Assembly: GCA_964016885.1 (NCBI GenBank)
Contig: OZ024740.1
Location: 229,462,001-229,526,000 of the forward strand
Source: Eledone cirrhosa
Taxonomy: Eukaryota
Direction of reading: 5' to 3'
DNA length: 64,000 nucleotides
Below are positions 13,931 to 28,655 of this stretch, piece after piece. The number at the start of each line of letters is the position of its first letter. Position 1 is the first letter of the stretch. The position numbers and the translations under genes are program-made. The notes under the pieces are model-generated. The model was not told where the DNA came from and did not search any database. It saw only the letters and a list, made by a program, of their open reading frames with translations.

Positions 13931-14128
13931 ATAGTTATGTAATAAACAACATTAGACAATTATTCCATTTACCAAAGGTTTCACGAAGACAGATGAGCTC
14001 GACACAGACGTCTGAAATCGTTCATCAAAATGAAATTTGAACGATCAGACGTCTGTGTCGAGCTCACCTGTCTTCGTGATAGCTTTGGTAAATGGGATAA
14101 TTGTCTTGTGTTGTTTATTACATAGCTA
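13931..14128. repeat. Fold-back inverted repeat beside (TA)n
   Basis: ~92-bp arms 13931-14023 and 14037-14128. Confidence 0.9.
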
Positions 14129-14265
14129 AATAGCTCTGAAGCCTACATAGAGCACTCTCCTTTCCTTTACTCTTCCTACTTAATATATATATATATATAT
14201 TAGAAAGTGAGGTTTTTTTACAAAATGAAAAAGAAAACGAGGTCTCCTACACGAGTGAAAGTATA

Positions 14266-15042
<777 letters not shown>

Positions 15043-15117
15043 GAAAAGAACGAACAAAACACAGGAGGCAATTGTACAGAGCTATATCAAGTTCACGTTT
15101 GGTGGAAGTGGAGGAGG

Positions 15118-15153
15118 TTTCAACGTTTCGGACATAAGTCCTACATCAGGAAA
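15118..15153 (-). ncRNA. Minimal hammerhead with one core substitution
   Basis: TTTC-CTGATGTA-GGAC ttat GTCC-GAAA-CG-TT-GAAA. Confidence 0.55.
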
Positions 15154-15448
15154 TTACGGATAGGGGGAAAACAGGAACTTCGAGAGGGAGTAAGGAGGAT
15201 TTGAAGAAGGGAAGTTACAAAGTAAAGAACACAATATAAAGAGAAAATAAAAACAAAAATAAACAAAAACAACAACATTTTCAAAAATGTAAAAATAAAG
15301 AGGGTAGGGGTGTTTAGGTCCGGGGTGGATGGTGGTAGGATGACATAGCTGTGATAGTGTGTGTGTGGGTGGGGCGAAGATGGTGGAGGGGGAAGCAAAA
15401 TTCTCAGAGTCTAGAGGGTATGGCGGAAGGTAAGGTGTGTATGTGTAG

Positions 15449-15508
<60 letters not shown>

Positions 15509-15771
15509 AGAAGCGCGTGTATGTGAACGTTTGTTAAAAGTGAGTACAGACAAGAGAGTGGTGTGTATATGAGTGTTATGAATTAGTGTATTGGTGTGTG
15601 ACATTGTGTGTGTGGGGGGAGAAATGGTGTATATGTCTGAGCATGTATATGTTCCTGTATGGGTGTTGGTGAGTGTGTGTATGTGTATGTGTGGACGGAG
15701 GACTCTGGATGGAAAGACGAGATAAGAGCGTGTTGAATCCGGAGGCGGTGTAGGCTAAAGTGTATGTGTAG

Positions 15772-15811
<40 letters not shown>

Positions 15812-16243
15812 ATGTAAGTATATGTGGTTGAAAAGAAGTGAGTGCGTGTGAGAGTGTAAGAAAAATAGCGAGTACAGACACGTGCGTGGTATGTATGTGG
15901 GTGTTGAGGGTTGGTGTAAGGTGCGTAGTTGTGTGTGTGTGTGTGGAAATGGTGTACATGTCTGTGTGTGTGTCTATGTTCCTGTATGGGTGTTGGTGTG
16001 TGTGTGTGTGTGTGTGTGTGGATGGTAAACATTCAGACGTAGATAAGAGAAGATAACGGTGTGTGGTCAAATCCAAGATAGAAAATGAAGAACGTAGAAA
16101 GAGGAAATAAAATAGAAGGGTAGCGTGCGCAACCGGAAGAAGTGGTCAAGTCGAACGAGTGGAAGGAGACGGTGGTAACAACAGAACAAGTGTGTGAAAG
16201 AGAAGGGACGAGGTAGTGACAACAAGACAAGTGTGAGAGAGTG

Positions 16244-16308
<65 letters not shown>

Positions 16309-16430
16309 CGCAATTTACCCCTGAAGATGACACCGGATTCTTACGCAACCTGTTCACTGAAATGTGCATAATGTTTGCAGAAATAAAAAAATAAGGAAAT
16401 TCAACATATTTGCCCTCCTGTCATTTCACT

Positions 16431-16510
<80 letters not shown>

Positions 16511-16513
<3 letters not shown>

Positions 16514-16690
16514 ATGAGAACAAACGTGCTGCGTGGTTTCAAATGGGTTACATATGAATAAAGTTAGTCCTTCATCAGTGATCTTCCAACCATCATTGGT
16601 ATTTCATCGCTTTAAAGACCATATACCTCCGGTTGGTGCGAGCAACGGTTAAAGAAAGTCGTTGGGACACGTAAAAAAGGGGAACGAGGA
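16511..16690 (-). mobile_element. Fragment of the rearranged-hammerhead element family
   Basis: Near-identical to the junction and terminal repeat of 44482-45167. Confidence 0.8.
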
Positions 16691-16905
16691 TATTTGAAAA
16701 AAAAGGGAAAAGAATGACTTCACTTGCAGTTCTAAATAATTTGATTTAATCTTATAATATTATATTATGAGTTACTAGATCTACCAACTCATAATATTAT
16801 AATATTATAAGATTAAATCAAATTATTTAGAACTACAAGTGAAGTCATTTTTTCCCTTTTTTTCAAATATACCTAACTGTACCAAGGATCTCACACATTT
16901 TCCAA
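16690..16905. repeat. Fold-back palindrome plus tail, related to 14740-15008
   Basis: Arms 16690-16773 and 16786-16870; shared CAAGTGAAGYCATTTTTT and tail. Confidence 0.85.
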
Positions 16906-17084
16906 TATATATATATATATATATATATGAAAGAGTCGGGACCCCGACGGCTGAATTCTTGCCGATTCAACAGCTAGTTCCCAACATTTTCATATTACCA
17001 CACTCTACTAATTGAGTATTGAGTACTCTGGTCAGTAATGGTCCAACAGGTTTTTACTGGTCTACCGTTGTTTTTAAATACAAA

Positions 17085-17830
17085 TTATAAAATTTCCATT
17101 AAAATCGCTGTCAGGATTTTTAACGCTATTTTAAATTTCAATTAAAATTACTGATTAAAAAAGCAATCTATAAAATTTCAATTAAAATCACTGACTGAAT
17201 TTTTAAACACTATTTTTAATTTTAATGAAAATTACTGATTTTTTAAAACAATCTATACAATTTCAATTAAATGCACTGATTGGGATTTTTAAACTCTGTT
17301 CTAAATTGAAATTAAAATTACTGATTTAAAAAAAAACAATCTATACAATTTCAGTTAAAAGTATTGATGAGTTTTCTTTTTAAAATTCTATTTTTAATTT
17401 CAGTACCACTGATAGACTTTTTACTAACTCTCTCTTTTGATTTCAAACAAAACCGCTGAGTTACTTTTTTTTAAACAAAAAAACACTATCTTTAAAATTG
17501 CAATTAAAACCAAAGACTTTTTTTCTTTTAAATATCTTTAAATTTCAATTAAGACTACTGAATGTTTTTTTAAATCTATCTTTATATTTCAATTAAGACC
17601 ACTGTCTTTTTTAAATCTATCTTTAAATTTCAATTAAGACCACGGTCTGTTTTTTTTTTATTTTTAAATTTCAATTAAGATCACGGTCTGTATTTTTTTT
17701 AAAAATCTATCTTTAAACAATTAAGACCACGGTCTGTCTTTTTTTTTTTAAATCTATCTTTAAATTTAAATTAAGACCACGGTCTGTCTTATTTTAATCT
17801 ATCTTTAAATTTCAATTATGACAACTGATT
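17085..17830. repeat. Degenerate AT-rich tandem repeat
   Basis: Recurrent AAATTTCAATTAA(AA/GA)CCACTG / TTAAGACCACGGTCTGT motifs. Confidence 0.8.
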
Positions 17831-17949
17831 GAGTCATTATTTTTTCTTTTTCTTTTTTATTTGTCTTTTTTTTCCACTCCTTGTATTTAGACCCTGTTCT
17901 AGCACCTCCTTCTAGAGTACAGTTGTTTTAAGGGACTCTGAAACATATA

Positions 17950-18085
17950 GACTGGTACTTATTTATCGACCTCAGAAGGAAGAAAAGGTATTTTTGACAT
18001 CGGCGAAATTGGAACAAAGAACGCACAGTGACATAACGTAAATGCTTCAAGTCGTTTTGTCTGTCACTCTACCGATTCTACCAAC
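17950..18085 (-). mobile_element. Diverged SINE family A relative
   Basis: GACTGGTACTTATTTATCGACC..CTCTACCGATTCTACCAA. Confidence 0.6.
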
Positions 18086-18296
18086 CTAGCAACATTGTTT
18101 AGTTAGAGATTTTATTGTGGAACAAGATATTTGACAGAATCTATTATATTACTCTGATTGTCGTGGTATGTGTTCGTATGTTACTCTTCAATGTGATAAA
18201 GAAGGATGCGACTCGCAAGCCACTACATCAGACACGCTGATGAGGTGTAAAACAAGTTACAGCTCTGGCAACCTACCGAGGGATGACCCTTTAAAG

Positions 18297-18585
18297 CAGG
18301 CATGGGCAACCTTTTTCGAGAAGCGGGCCGCATGAGATATGGCTCATCAACAGGCGGGCCGCAAGCGCTAACTTACATTCATGCCCACATTAAAAAAAGG
18401 CGGTAACTCAGGTTGTTTTGATTTGTTTCTTCAGAAATCGTACACGTTGTTTTCCTCGATCGTAAAAATGGTAGAAAGATAAATTACGGCTGAAAAGTTA
18501 GGGTAAAAAAATCAGAAAGATTTCACTTAGGTGACTTAGGCGAGACATTCAAAAAGCTTCGCGGACCGCAGTTTGCCCATGACTG
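18297..18585 (-). mobile_element. hAT MITE, same family as 6072-6285
   Basis: TIR CAGGCATGGGCAA / TTGCCCATGACTG; 8-bp TSD CTTTAAAG/ATTTAAAG. Confidence 0.9.
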
Positions 18586-19291
18586 ATTTAAAGGAAGGAA
18601 AAATATCACCTACGTTGACACTCTGCTAGAATATAGAGATGAAAAGAGTAGAGGGGCTGAAGACCATCAAGAATGACCGTGGCGAATGAAAGTGACGTGT
18701 GGAATTAGTGTGGTGACAAAATGGATGGTCGAGGATAAGATAGGATTGTAGTAAAACAACAACAAAGGACAGGGAAGCTGTTTTTCTGGGCAAAAAGCGA
18801 AAGCTTTATTTTTTAAATACAAACCATAAAAGGCTGTTAAACCTTTCAATGATTGTTCAAATCCGTCATATCATTAAGAAGGTCATAGCATATATATAGT
18901 GGGTGTTGGAACAACAGACTTCTGTCAGAGAGAGGGGGAGAGAAGAAGAAGAAGAAGAAGAAGAAGAAGAAGAAGAAGAAGAAGAAGAAGAAGAAGAAGA
19001 AGAAGGTATAATACGTATTGTCTTCACACGCCTTCCGAGATTGCTGAGATTGGTGCCGAACGCGGGGATCGGGAACAAACACCGTAAGGCAGGGATATAA
19101 AATTGAGGGTCCCCCGAGAGCCACAGAAGTCACATATGTGCTGTCTGAGGGCCACACGCAACAACTTATTGCGCACATTACAACGAAATTTGTCAGTAAA
19201 AAGATCACTCGTGTGTCCGCAAAAGCAATAATTTCTCAGCGATTCTAATTTGCACGATACCCAAATATGGAAGGAATTATTTTATATAAAT

Positions 19292-19416
<125 letters not shown>

Positions 19417-19465
19417 CCCGATTGTGTATACTGTACCGATTGTGTTGTTATTTCTGTTTACCTTT

Positions 19466-19515
<50 letters not shown>

Positions 19516-19913
19516 CTCATATACATGAATACATACATATAAACATGCATTAGGGAAGGGTCACTTAGAACAAAGCACTTACATTAGGTGGTCCACATAT
19601 ATTTATATTTTTTATTGCAGGTTTTGTTGTTGTTGTTGTTGTATCTTGCTATTCGTCATTGCAACCATGAGACAAAGGTTGCAATATTATCAACCGGTTT
19701 GTTGGTGGTGACTCATTGGGAAACTACGACTCACCACAGAACTTTCCAGACGAAAAACAAAAACAAACAAAAAACAAAAATAAAAAAAAAGGTTTTTACC
19801 AATCTCGTCTCTTTTCCATTTTATTCTCTGGTCAACCTTCTTTCTATCGTACTCTCTCTCTCTCTCCCTCTCTCTCTCACTCTCTCTCTCCCTCATCTGA
19901 CTTACACACACAC

Positions 19914-20000
<87 letters not shown>

Positions 20001-20031
20001 ACACGGGTGTGTATGATTGTGTATAGAAGAT

Positions 20032-20436
20032 TATATTAATAAAAGGAATTCCAACTTTGTCTGATTTACTCGTTTTATTTACAATCCTTTAAAATTTATA
20101 ATGGTATTAGAATGAAATAGTATGGTAGAATATTAAATGTTAAGTGTTAATTGAACAAGTACTTTCATGCTTTCGCAATCTGCAGGTTCATAATGTGTGG
20201 TGACAGTCAAGTTTGCAATTTTCAACTGTTTTTTCAACAATTTTTCACAGTTGAAAATTGCAAACTTGACTGTCACCACACATTATGAACCTGAAGATTG
20301 CGAAAGCATGAAAGTACTTGTTCAATTAACACTTAACATTTAATATTCTACCATACTATTTCATTCTAATACCATTATAAATTTTAAAGGATTGTAAATA
20401 AAACGAGTAAATCAGACAAAGTTGGAATTCCTTTTA

Positions 20437-20444
<8 letters not shown>
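20032..20444. repeat. Near-perfect fold-back with ~198-bp arms
   Basis: 20032-20229 pairs with 20247-20444; ends in (TA)n. Confidence 0.95.
20286..20324 (+). ncRNA. Minimal type-I hammerhead ribozyme
   Basis: TGAAC-CTGAAGA-T-TGC gaaa GCA-T-GAAA-GTAC-TT-GTTCA; palindromic stem III. Confidence 0.75.
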
Positions 20445-20510
<66 letters not shown>

Positions 20511-20750
20511 CACAAACACATATAGATATAGATATATACATATATATATACATATATATACATATATAAATACATATATAAATACATGTATAAATACATG
20601 TAGAGGTTATATTTAATTTGTTGGGATACAACAAGCAAAATATTTTTATAACTGATATAAAGCACTCAACAAATTATTGGAGATTCCAACCAGAATGGTT
20701 GCATTTTTTAAGGGTATGTCAATATTTATTTATAAAACTAACCTATATTA

Positions 20751-20818
20751 TATTTTATCTGATGAAAGCGCACCATAGTTTGCTCAGGTGGCCCTTGAAA
20801 TATGTATAATTAAATAAA
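20751..20818 (+). ncRNA. Type-I hammerhead within a pLTR-like repeat (20600-20860; relative at 44240-44465)
   Basis: TATTTTAT-CTGATGA-AAG..CACC..GGTG..CTT-GAAA-TATGTA-TA-ATTAAATA. Confidence 0.65.
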
Positions 20819-20869
20819 TATGGTTTTATAAATATAGTTTCCATTTGTTAATATATTGTATATAAATAC

Positions 20870-20952
<83 letters not shown>

Positions 20953-21128
20953 ATGCGACTAATTCATATTTTCCTTTCTCCCCGTTACTTGCTCTATGTT
21001 TGTTTTTGTCATGTAAAATACACCTAGCCAATGTGGCCTCAATACTCCAGCACTATTGTCTGTAGAGGTCGAAACTCTGTATGTCCATTTCAGCCAATGA
21101 CTGCCGAGTTACCTGTTGCCAATTTTTT

Positions 21129-21164
<36 letters not shown>

Positions 21165-22706
21165 GTCTGACTGTCTGTCTCCCTAAAACTCGAGAACCAC
21201 CCAACCGATTTTTTAAAAACTTTACACATGTAATACTTATAGTCGTGTAAGTGTTTTGAGCAAAAAATATTTCGAATTTTCAATGCCCTAGGGACCGCAT
21301 TAGGCGCCGGTTTGCGATCTCTCTCTCTTTCTTAGTCTGTCTTTTTAGATAGATACATAGCTATAACGTCGCGCCGCCCTTATAATATCTGTCTGTATGT
21401 CTGTCTCTCTGCATTACGACATTATGACTTCGCTATCTGTGTGTGTGTGTATATATGTATATATAGTGTGTATATATATATATATATATATATATTGTTC
21501 TCATTGCTATTTTCCGTTCATTGCCAGGAAACGTCTTCACGAACCAAAGTATCGTCTTCCTGTTTTCCTTCGGTTGCAACGTTTTTTGAAATATTTACTT
21601 CTGCGTTCACAGATTGATTTTTTTTAGTTTCAGAAGATCCCGTTAGCAGAATGGCCCGGCATTGCTCGGGATTCTAAACATAGATTGGCATGTTTATCCC
21701 TCCTTTCTGAAACAGTACGGCATACTCTCAGGCATCCAATTAAGTTAAACCCCTGTACGACGAATTTTTTTTATAAGACACCATCCCGAGGCCGAGGTAT
21801 TCCGTACTTCTCTGTACTGCTTCAGAAAGGAGGGATAAACATGTCAATCTATGTTTAGAATCCCGAGCAACGCCGGGCCATTTTGGTAGTATATATCTAA
21901 AACAGAGAATGTATGTCTGTCTCCCTAAAACTCGAGAACCACCCAACCGATTTTTTTCAAACTTTACACATGTAATACTTATGGCCGTGTGGGTGTTTTG
22001 AGCAAAAGATATTTCAAATTTTCAATGCCCTACGAAAAACTGCATATTTTAGGCTTTAAAGGCTTTTTTGAGGCATAACGGAACAATAATCCCGGCGATT
22101 TCTTTAAATCGTTTTCTTTAAAGTGTTTTGAGCAAAAAAGATTTTCTTATTTTTTGCATTAGGCGAAAAACCGATTTTTTAAAGTATTTTGGTTGCGTTA
22201 GGGCCTGTAACTCGAGAAGTACCCAACCGATTTTTAAAAAACTTTGTATATGCATTACTTATGTTTCACAAATTTTCTTGACTGAAAAAGATTTCAAATT
22301 TTTGCCCGGGGATCGCATTGTTTATCATTTTGGTTGCATTAGGGCCTGTAACCTTAAAAGTATCCAACTAAATTCCTTCATGCTCTCCACCACTGCAGTC
22401 CACATGCTTTCTGCTCTGTAACTATTGCTTTCATTGTACCACAGCACAACAAATACATGTTTGGTTTGTCGAATGCCTTTTTACTTAACCCTATCGTCTT
22501 GGCTTTCGTGGGTTGAACATTTTACTCTCATGCACCCAATTAAGTTAAACCCCTGGTAATCTACGACGAATTATTTTTATAAGCACAAAATGTAGACACC
22601 ATCTCCAGGCCGAGGTATTCCGTACTTCTCTGTACTCTTTCAGAAAGGAGGGATACACATGCCAATCTATGTTTAGAATCCCGAGCAACGCCGGGCCATT
22701 CTGCTA

Positions 22707-22707
<1 letters not shown>
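21165..22707 (+). mobile_element. Helitron cluster: 5' fragment, inverted pair of 3' ends, and a full non-autonomous copy (21896-22707)
   Basis: 5' TC, GTCT repeats, 3' hairpin CCCGAGCAACGCCGGG followed by CTAG at 22704-22707. Confidence 0.75.
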
Positions 22708-22767
<60 letters not shown>

Positions 22768-23599
22768 TATAGAGAAAAATAAAAATACTGCAGGTAGCAC
22801 ATGGTAACATGTAATAAAATACGTCCCTCATCAGTGATTTGCCGAAGATCATAGATATTTCATTGCATTCGGAGAAAGCTAAAAGCGATACTCCGGGCAA
22901 ATTCCAAATCACTCAACAAACATTAGGAAATACCTGAGTATATTCCCAATTAAACGTTTGGGGTGCTAACTATATTGTATTGTGTGGATAATTGGCTGTA
23001 TTATTTCATATGAGCTATATCAAATATATCATTTCCCAGACGACTCGTTTCATTATAAGATTTCTACAAGTTGGGTGAAATTATACCAAGTTATGTAGAA
23101 GCTTGTATAAGATCAACAGATATTTATTCAAGTGGGCTCTTATAAATCTTCAGTGGGTACCCAATAACATTAATATTGATAACCAAATCAACATCAATAT
23201 TTAGCGATAATCACCATCAGTGCTTGAGGGGACTGCTAGGTGGTTGGTCCAGCAGTTCTAAAGAAAATCTCACATTGTCCCGAAAATGGGAAGAAGGAGG
23301 CTACCGCCAAAAACAATACATGCGCAGGTCGTTGAACTCTGACAAGAATTCAAGCCACTTGCTAAGAACTCAATTGGATATGAAAAAATAACTATATGTG
23401 CGCACCGCTTTATGACACAGATATTTTCTCGGGCAAAATAACAGAATGAGATATATATATATATATATGGAGAGATGATAACCATAGTATACTTAAAACA
23501 TAATTTTAATTCCACATATGTTTCCATGTATAACGGCGAGCCATACCATGATATATACGGGGTATCTGTCCGTCGATCTACATATCTTCAGAAATTTAG

Positions 23600-25150
23600 A
23601 TATTTTTATAAGTTTTTTATTAAGTTATTAAGCAATATTTTAGGTATATTGGAAGCGAAGTTTCTACTAAATGGTGGGTTAAATAGTTTAAGTTTCGTAC
23701 AATTTGACATAGATGCATATTACACATCAATCTCACCTAATCACTTAAATAGGGTCTTAATTATAGCTAAATCTGCTAATAGCCTTACTAGGGAAGAAAT
23801 TGATATTATCCCAGCAGCTAGGAAAACGATAACGAATAAATTTTGATTGTAGCCTCTAAACTCATAAGGCCCGCCCTGACAATTTCGACATAACTATGGG
23901 TCCTAGTGACTCCGCTGAAGTCACAGATTTGGTACGTATTTTCCTACTGAACAAACTGAATGGGGTTTATATCGAGACGATGCCCGCTTTGTTATGAAAA
24001 CTAACAACAGGAACATAGAAAACACGGAAATACTTTAACATAGTTTCTTTATAGACTATAACTTAAGTATAACTATAGTTAGAAATGTCACCTTTCTAGA
24101 TGTTAACCTAAACTTATTATCAGGCCTCTGTGTGCCCTACCATAAACCAGACGAACGGCTATTTCAAGTGAATTCATAGTCTAATCATCCCAAATCTGTA
24201 CTTACATCTATTGTTTTATCTACCCTTTAGTAGAAATGTTGCATTCAATATACCTAAACTATTTTTTAAATATCTTAATTAGAAAAACTTTCCTCCCACC
24301 CATTATTACTATAAAATATAAAATAAAAATACAATACCCTACCACACCGAAGCTAGCTTCTCACTTAATTTTCAGTAACAATAGAAAAATAAATAAATAT
24401 CGAATTAGTTCTTATGTTGGCGGTGGCGTTGCTAACCGTGAACGAAGAGTTAACCTCGAAAATAACATTAGTGATGATATGAATAATAATTGTTTCTACT
24501 TTTGGCACAAAGCCAGCAATTAACCAGTGCATTACTGGTACTTTATTTTATCGACCTCATAAGGATGAAAGGCAAAGTTAACCTCGGCGGGATTTGAACT
24601 CAGAATGGAAAGGGCCGTAACTCTATGTGTCAAAGCATGGCGCCGACCCTCTACCGATACTGCCAATCCACCGACTTTCATATGAATAATAATAATGATA
24701 TGAATAATAATAATAATCGTATTAATGTAATCCTGAATTCGCACAACTCTTCAATTAATTGTAATTGTAGAAACCCATCTACGTGTATTCTTAGCGGTAG
24801 ATGATTATTGAAAAACGTCGTTTACCAATGCATGATCTCTACCCAAAAATGAAAGTAACGTCTATATAGGAGCCACATCTAATACTTTTAAATCCATGTA
24901 TTATATGCACCGTTACTCATTTATAAAATAAAAAGCAAAAAGAAAAACAACAAAAAAAAAACAGCACCTCAACTTCGTTGGCTCGGTTTATCTGGGAATT
25001 AAATAAAAATAAGACTCCATACTCCACAAATTGGAAGGTCCTAAAATGGCCCAATCATGCCAACTGACAAATAAGAGATGTAACATGTGCCTGTGCATAT
25101 TGGAATCAAGGCATGCTCCGACTAACATAGGCGTGATCTATTAAAACCTA
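23600..25150 (+). mobile_element. Decayed Penelope-like retroelement (RT + GIY-YIG endonuclease)
   Basis: FDIDAYYTSI, MGPSDSAEVTDLV, YRDD, FLDVNLNL..PYHKP; CNCRNPSTCILSG..NVVY..VYIGATSNTFK; multiple stops and frameshifts. Confidence 0.9.
24488..24675 (-). mobile_element. Full SINE family A inserted in the Penelope element
   Basis: A and B boxes; flanking direct repeat ATATGAATAATAAT. Confidence 0.9.
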
Positions 25151-25920
25151 AAATACTAATTGATCTAACAGGTAGACTGAGCATACTAATATCTGGGCAT
25201 AACTCTAAATAAGTAATAGTAGGTACACTAAAACACACGGGCGAAAATTCTAAATGTTTGTTAATATTTATCCCTTCCTGGTCCTTCAATTGTTACGGTT
25301 TCTAGAGTGGGTATGGATTATAATCCCCTCTTAGTGTTACAGTAATTAAATGTATTTGTATTTATACCTCACAGAAACTGCCCCCTATAACCGGCACGGA
25401 ATTATGATGATATAGAGTCTTGCTGAAACGATTTATCAATAATAAAAGCTATCTAATATAACTTTCACAACTAGCTTTTTATTATCTAATAATGAATCTG
25501 CCCACCATCTAGCAAGCTATAATTTAAGATACACCCCAGGAACAATACACAGACACGTCAGTCCCGCATAACACCGCTTTGCTTGCCGGTGTAATTATTT
25601 TGATCATTACACAGACTTCAGACCACGTGTGCAAATTATTGTTGGCGAAAATTTCAAAAATATGTTAGTATAGACTAGTAAAATTTATTACGAAGCTATT
25701 TTTCACCTAGACGCAGGTTTAATACTGTAGATTATTTATTTACTTAAGTATTGTAATAACTATTTCCAGTTCCGTTAAATTAATAATCATAACATTGTTT
25801 TTTTATATACATATTTTTATACATATATTTGGAGAGCATTCTAATATATAATTGTACGTAATTCTAGAAAATAATTCTTTAATTAGCTAGCCTTCTATTT
25901 TTAGATTTATTTTATTGCAT

Positions 25921-27655
25921 TGTATTATATTATAAGCAATATCTATACACGTGAATTATTATATTATAAACAATATTAATACATGTGAAGTATTATATTA
26001 TATACAATATTAATACATGTGAATTATTAAATTATAAACAATATTAATACATGTGAAGTATTATATTATATACAATATTAATATATGTGAAGTATTATAT
26101 TATAAACAATATTAATACATGTGAAGTATTATATTATATACAATATTAAAATATGTGAAGTATTATATTATAAACAATATTAATACATGTGAAGTATTAT
26201 ATTATAAGCAATATCTATGCACGTGAATTATTATATTATAAACAATATTAATACATGTGAAGTATTATATTATATACAATATTAATATATGTGAAGTATT
26301 ATATTATAAACAATATTAATACATGTGAAGTATTATATTATAAGCAATATCTATACACGTGAATTATTATATTATAAACAATATTAATACATGTGAAGTA
26401 TTATATTATATACAATATTAATATATGTGAAGTATTATATTATAAACAATATTAATACATGTGAAGTATTATATCATAAACAATATTAATACATGTGAAG
26501 TATTATATCATAAACAATATTAATATATGTGAAGTATTATATTATATACAATATTAATACACGTGAAGTATTATATTATATACAATATTAATACATGTGA
26601 AGTATTATATTATATACAATATTAATACATGTGAAGTATTATATTATAAGCAATATTAATATATGTGAAGTATTATATTATATACAATATTAATACACAT
26701 GAAGTATTATATTATAAGCAATATCTATACACGTGAATTATTATATCATAAACAATATTAATACATGTGAAGTATTATATTATATACAATATTAATATAT
26801 GTGAAGTATTATATTATATACAATATTAATACACATGAAGTATTATATTATAAGCAATACTAAATACATGTGAAGAATTATATCATAAACAATATTAATA
26901 CATGTGAAGTATTATATTATAAGCAATATTAATACATGTGAAGAATTATATCATAAACAATATTAATACATGTGAAGTATTATATTATAAGCAATATTAA
27001 TACATGTGAAGTATTATATTATATACAATATTAATACATGTAAAGTATTATATTATAAGCAATATCTATACACGTGAATTATTATATCATAAACAATATT
27101 AATACATGTGAAGTATTATATTATATACAATATTAATATATGTGAAGTATTATATTATATACAATATTAATACACATGAAGTATTATATTATAAGCAATA
27201 CTAAATACATGTGAAGAATTATATCATAAACAATATTAATACATGTGAAGTATTATATTATAAGCAATATTAATACATGTGAAGTATTATATTATATACA
27301 ATATTAATACATGTAAAGTATTATATTATATACAATATTAATACATGTGAAGTATTATATTATAAGCAATATTAATACATGTGAAGTATAATATTATAAG
27401 CAATATTAATATATGTGAAGTATTATATTATAAACAATATTAATACATGTGAAGTATTATATTATATACAATATTAATACATGTGAAGTATTATATTATA
27501 AACAATATTAATATATGTGAAGTATTATATTATAAGCAATATTGATACATGTGAAGTATTATATTATAAACAATATTAATATATGTGAAGTATTATATTA
27601 TAAGCAATATTGATATATGTGAAGTATATTATAAACAATATTAATACATGTAAAG
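25921..27655. repeat. 34-bp AT-rich minisatellite, ~50 units
   Basis: Unit TGTGAAGTATTATATTATAAACAATATTAATACA; period 34 (25984 and 26018). Confidence 0.95.
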
Positions 27656-27873
27656 TGTAATACGAAAACGTGGTACTTATGTTTTCCTGTAAAAGATATA
27701 TTTTGTATCGTTGGAAGTCAACTCATCCAGGAAAAATATTTTCAAACTAGGATTCTTATGAAATTATAATCTTTCTTTACCATTTATTATTATATTTATA
27801 TGCCTAACGTATAATTGACTACTATCCTCCTTCTTATTTCTGGTTAATATAGACATATATGTTCTCATATAAT

Positions 27874-27981
27874 ATTTGTTTCTACTTTTGGCACAAGGCC
27901 AGCAATTATCACAGTGTATTACTGGTACTTTATTTTATCGACCCCGTAAGGATGAAAGGCAAAGTTAACCTCGGCGGGATT
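27874..27981 (-). mobile_element. 5'-truncated SINE family A with TSD
   Basis: TTCTCATATAATATT present on both sides. Confidence 0.85.
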
Positions 27982-28564
27982 CTCATATAATATTACTTCT
28001 ATTTTTTAATCATATATGTCTGTTAATGTATGGATGTACAGAAGTACCACATTTGATATACTATTTTTAATATACCACTTCTGCTTTGCTTACACATATG
28101 ATTTCCACCGTATTCTTAGTTGGTGGAGTTATCTCATGCATGTAATACAGTTGACACTTCAAACAATATCTAAATTCCCGAGGATATGTAGAGCAATGAA
28201 CAAATACCTCGTATGTATCGTGGTATGGCCCTATATTGAAACATATGTAGAATAAAGAACTCTGCAGTCCGTCTCCTAACAGTCTACAACACAATCTCCA
28301 ACAGCTGAGAAAATCCTTGGCCGATTTCGAATTACTGATGTGTAAAGGAAACTGGATAACATCGAACTTCTCTCATCTTTACCCCAATATCACCATAAAT
28401 ATAGTATATATATATATAAATATATATAAATAAATTAATTAATGCTATTGTTAATTAATAAATAAATGAATGAATACTTTGACACTTCACAGAAAGTAAA
28501 ATAATTTGTTTTAAACATTTTCTAACCCCGAAAAAGAAAAAAAAAATGTTTCTTCCTACTAATC

Positions 28565-28650
<86 letters not shown>

Positions 28651-28655
<5 letters not shown>

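Noticed and set aside
18236-18275. CTGATGAG plus a hairpin as a hammerhead
   Set aside because: No GAAA or stem III follows; the same applies to lone CTGANGA hits at ~9774, ~16321 and ~39609.
25921-27655. CRISPR-like 34-bp repeat array
   Set aside because: Units are contiguous with no unique spacers, there are no cas genes, and the context is eukaryotic.
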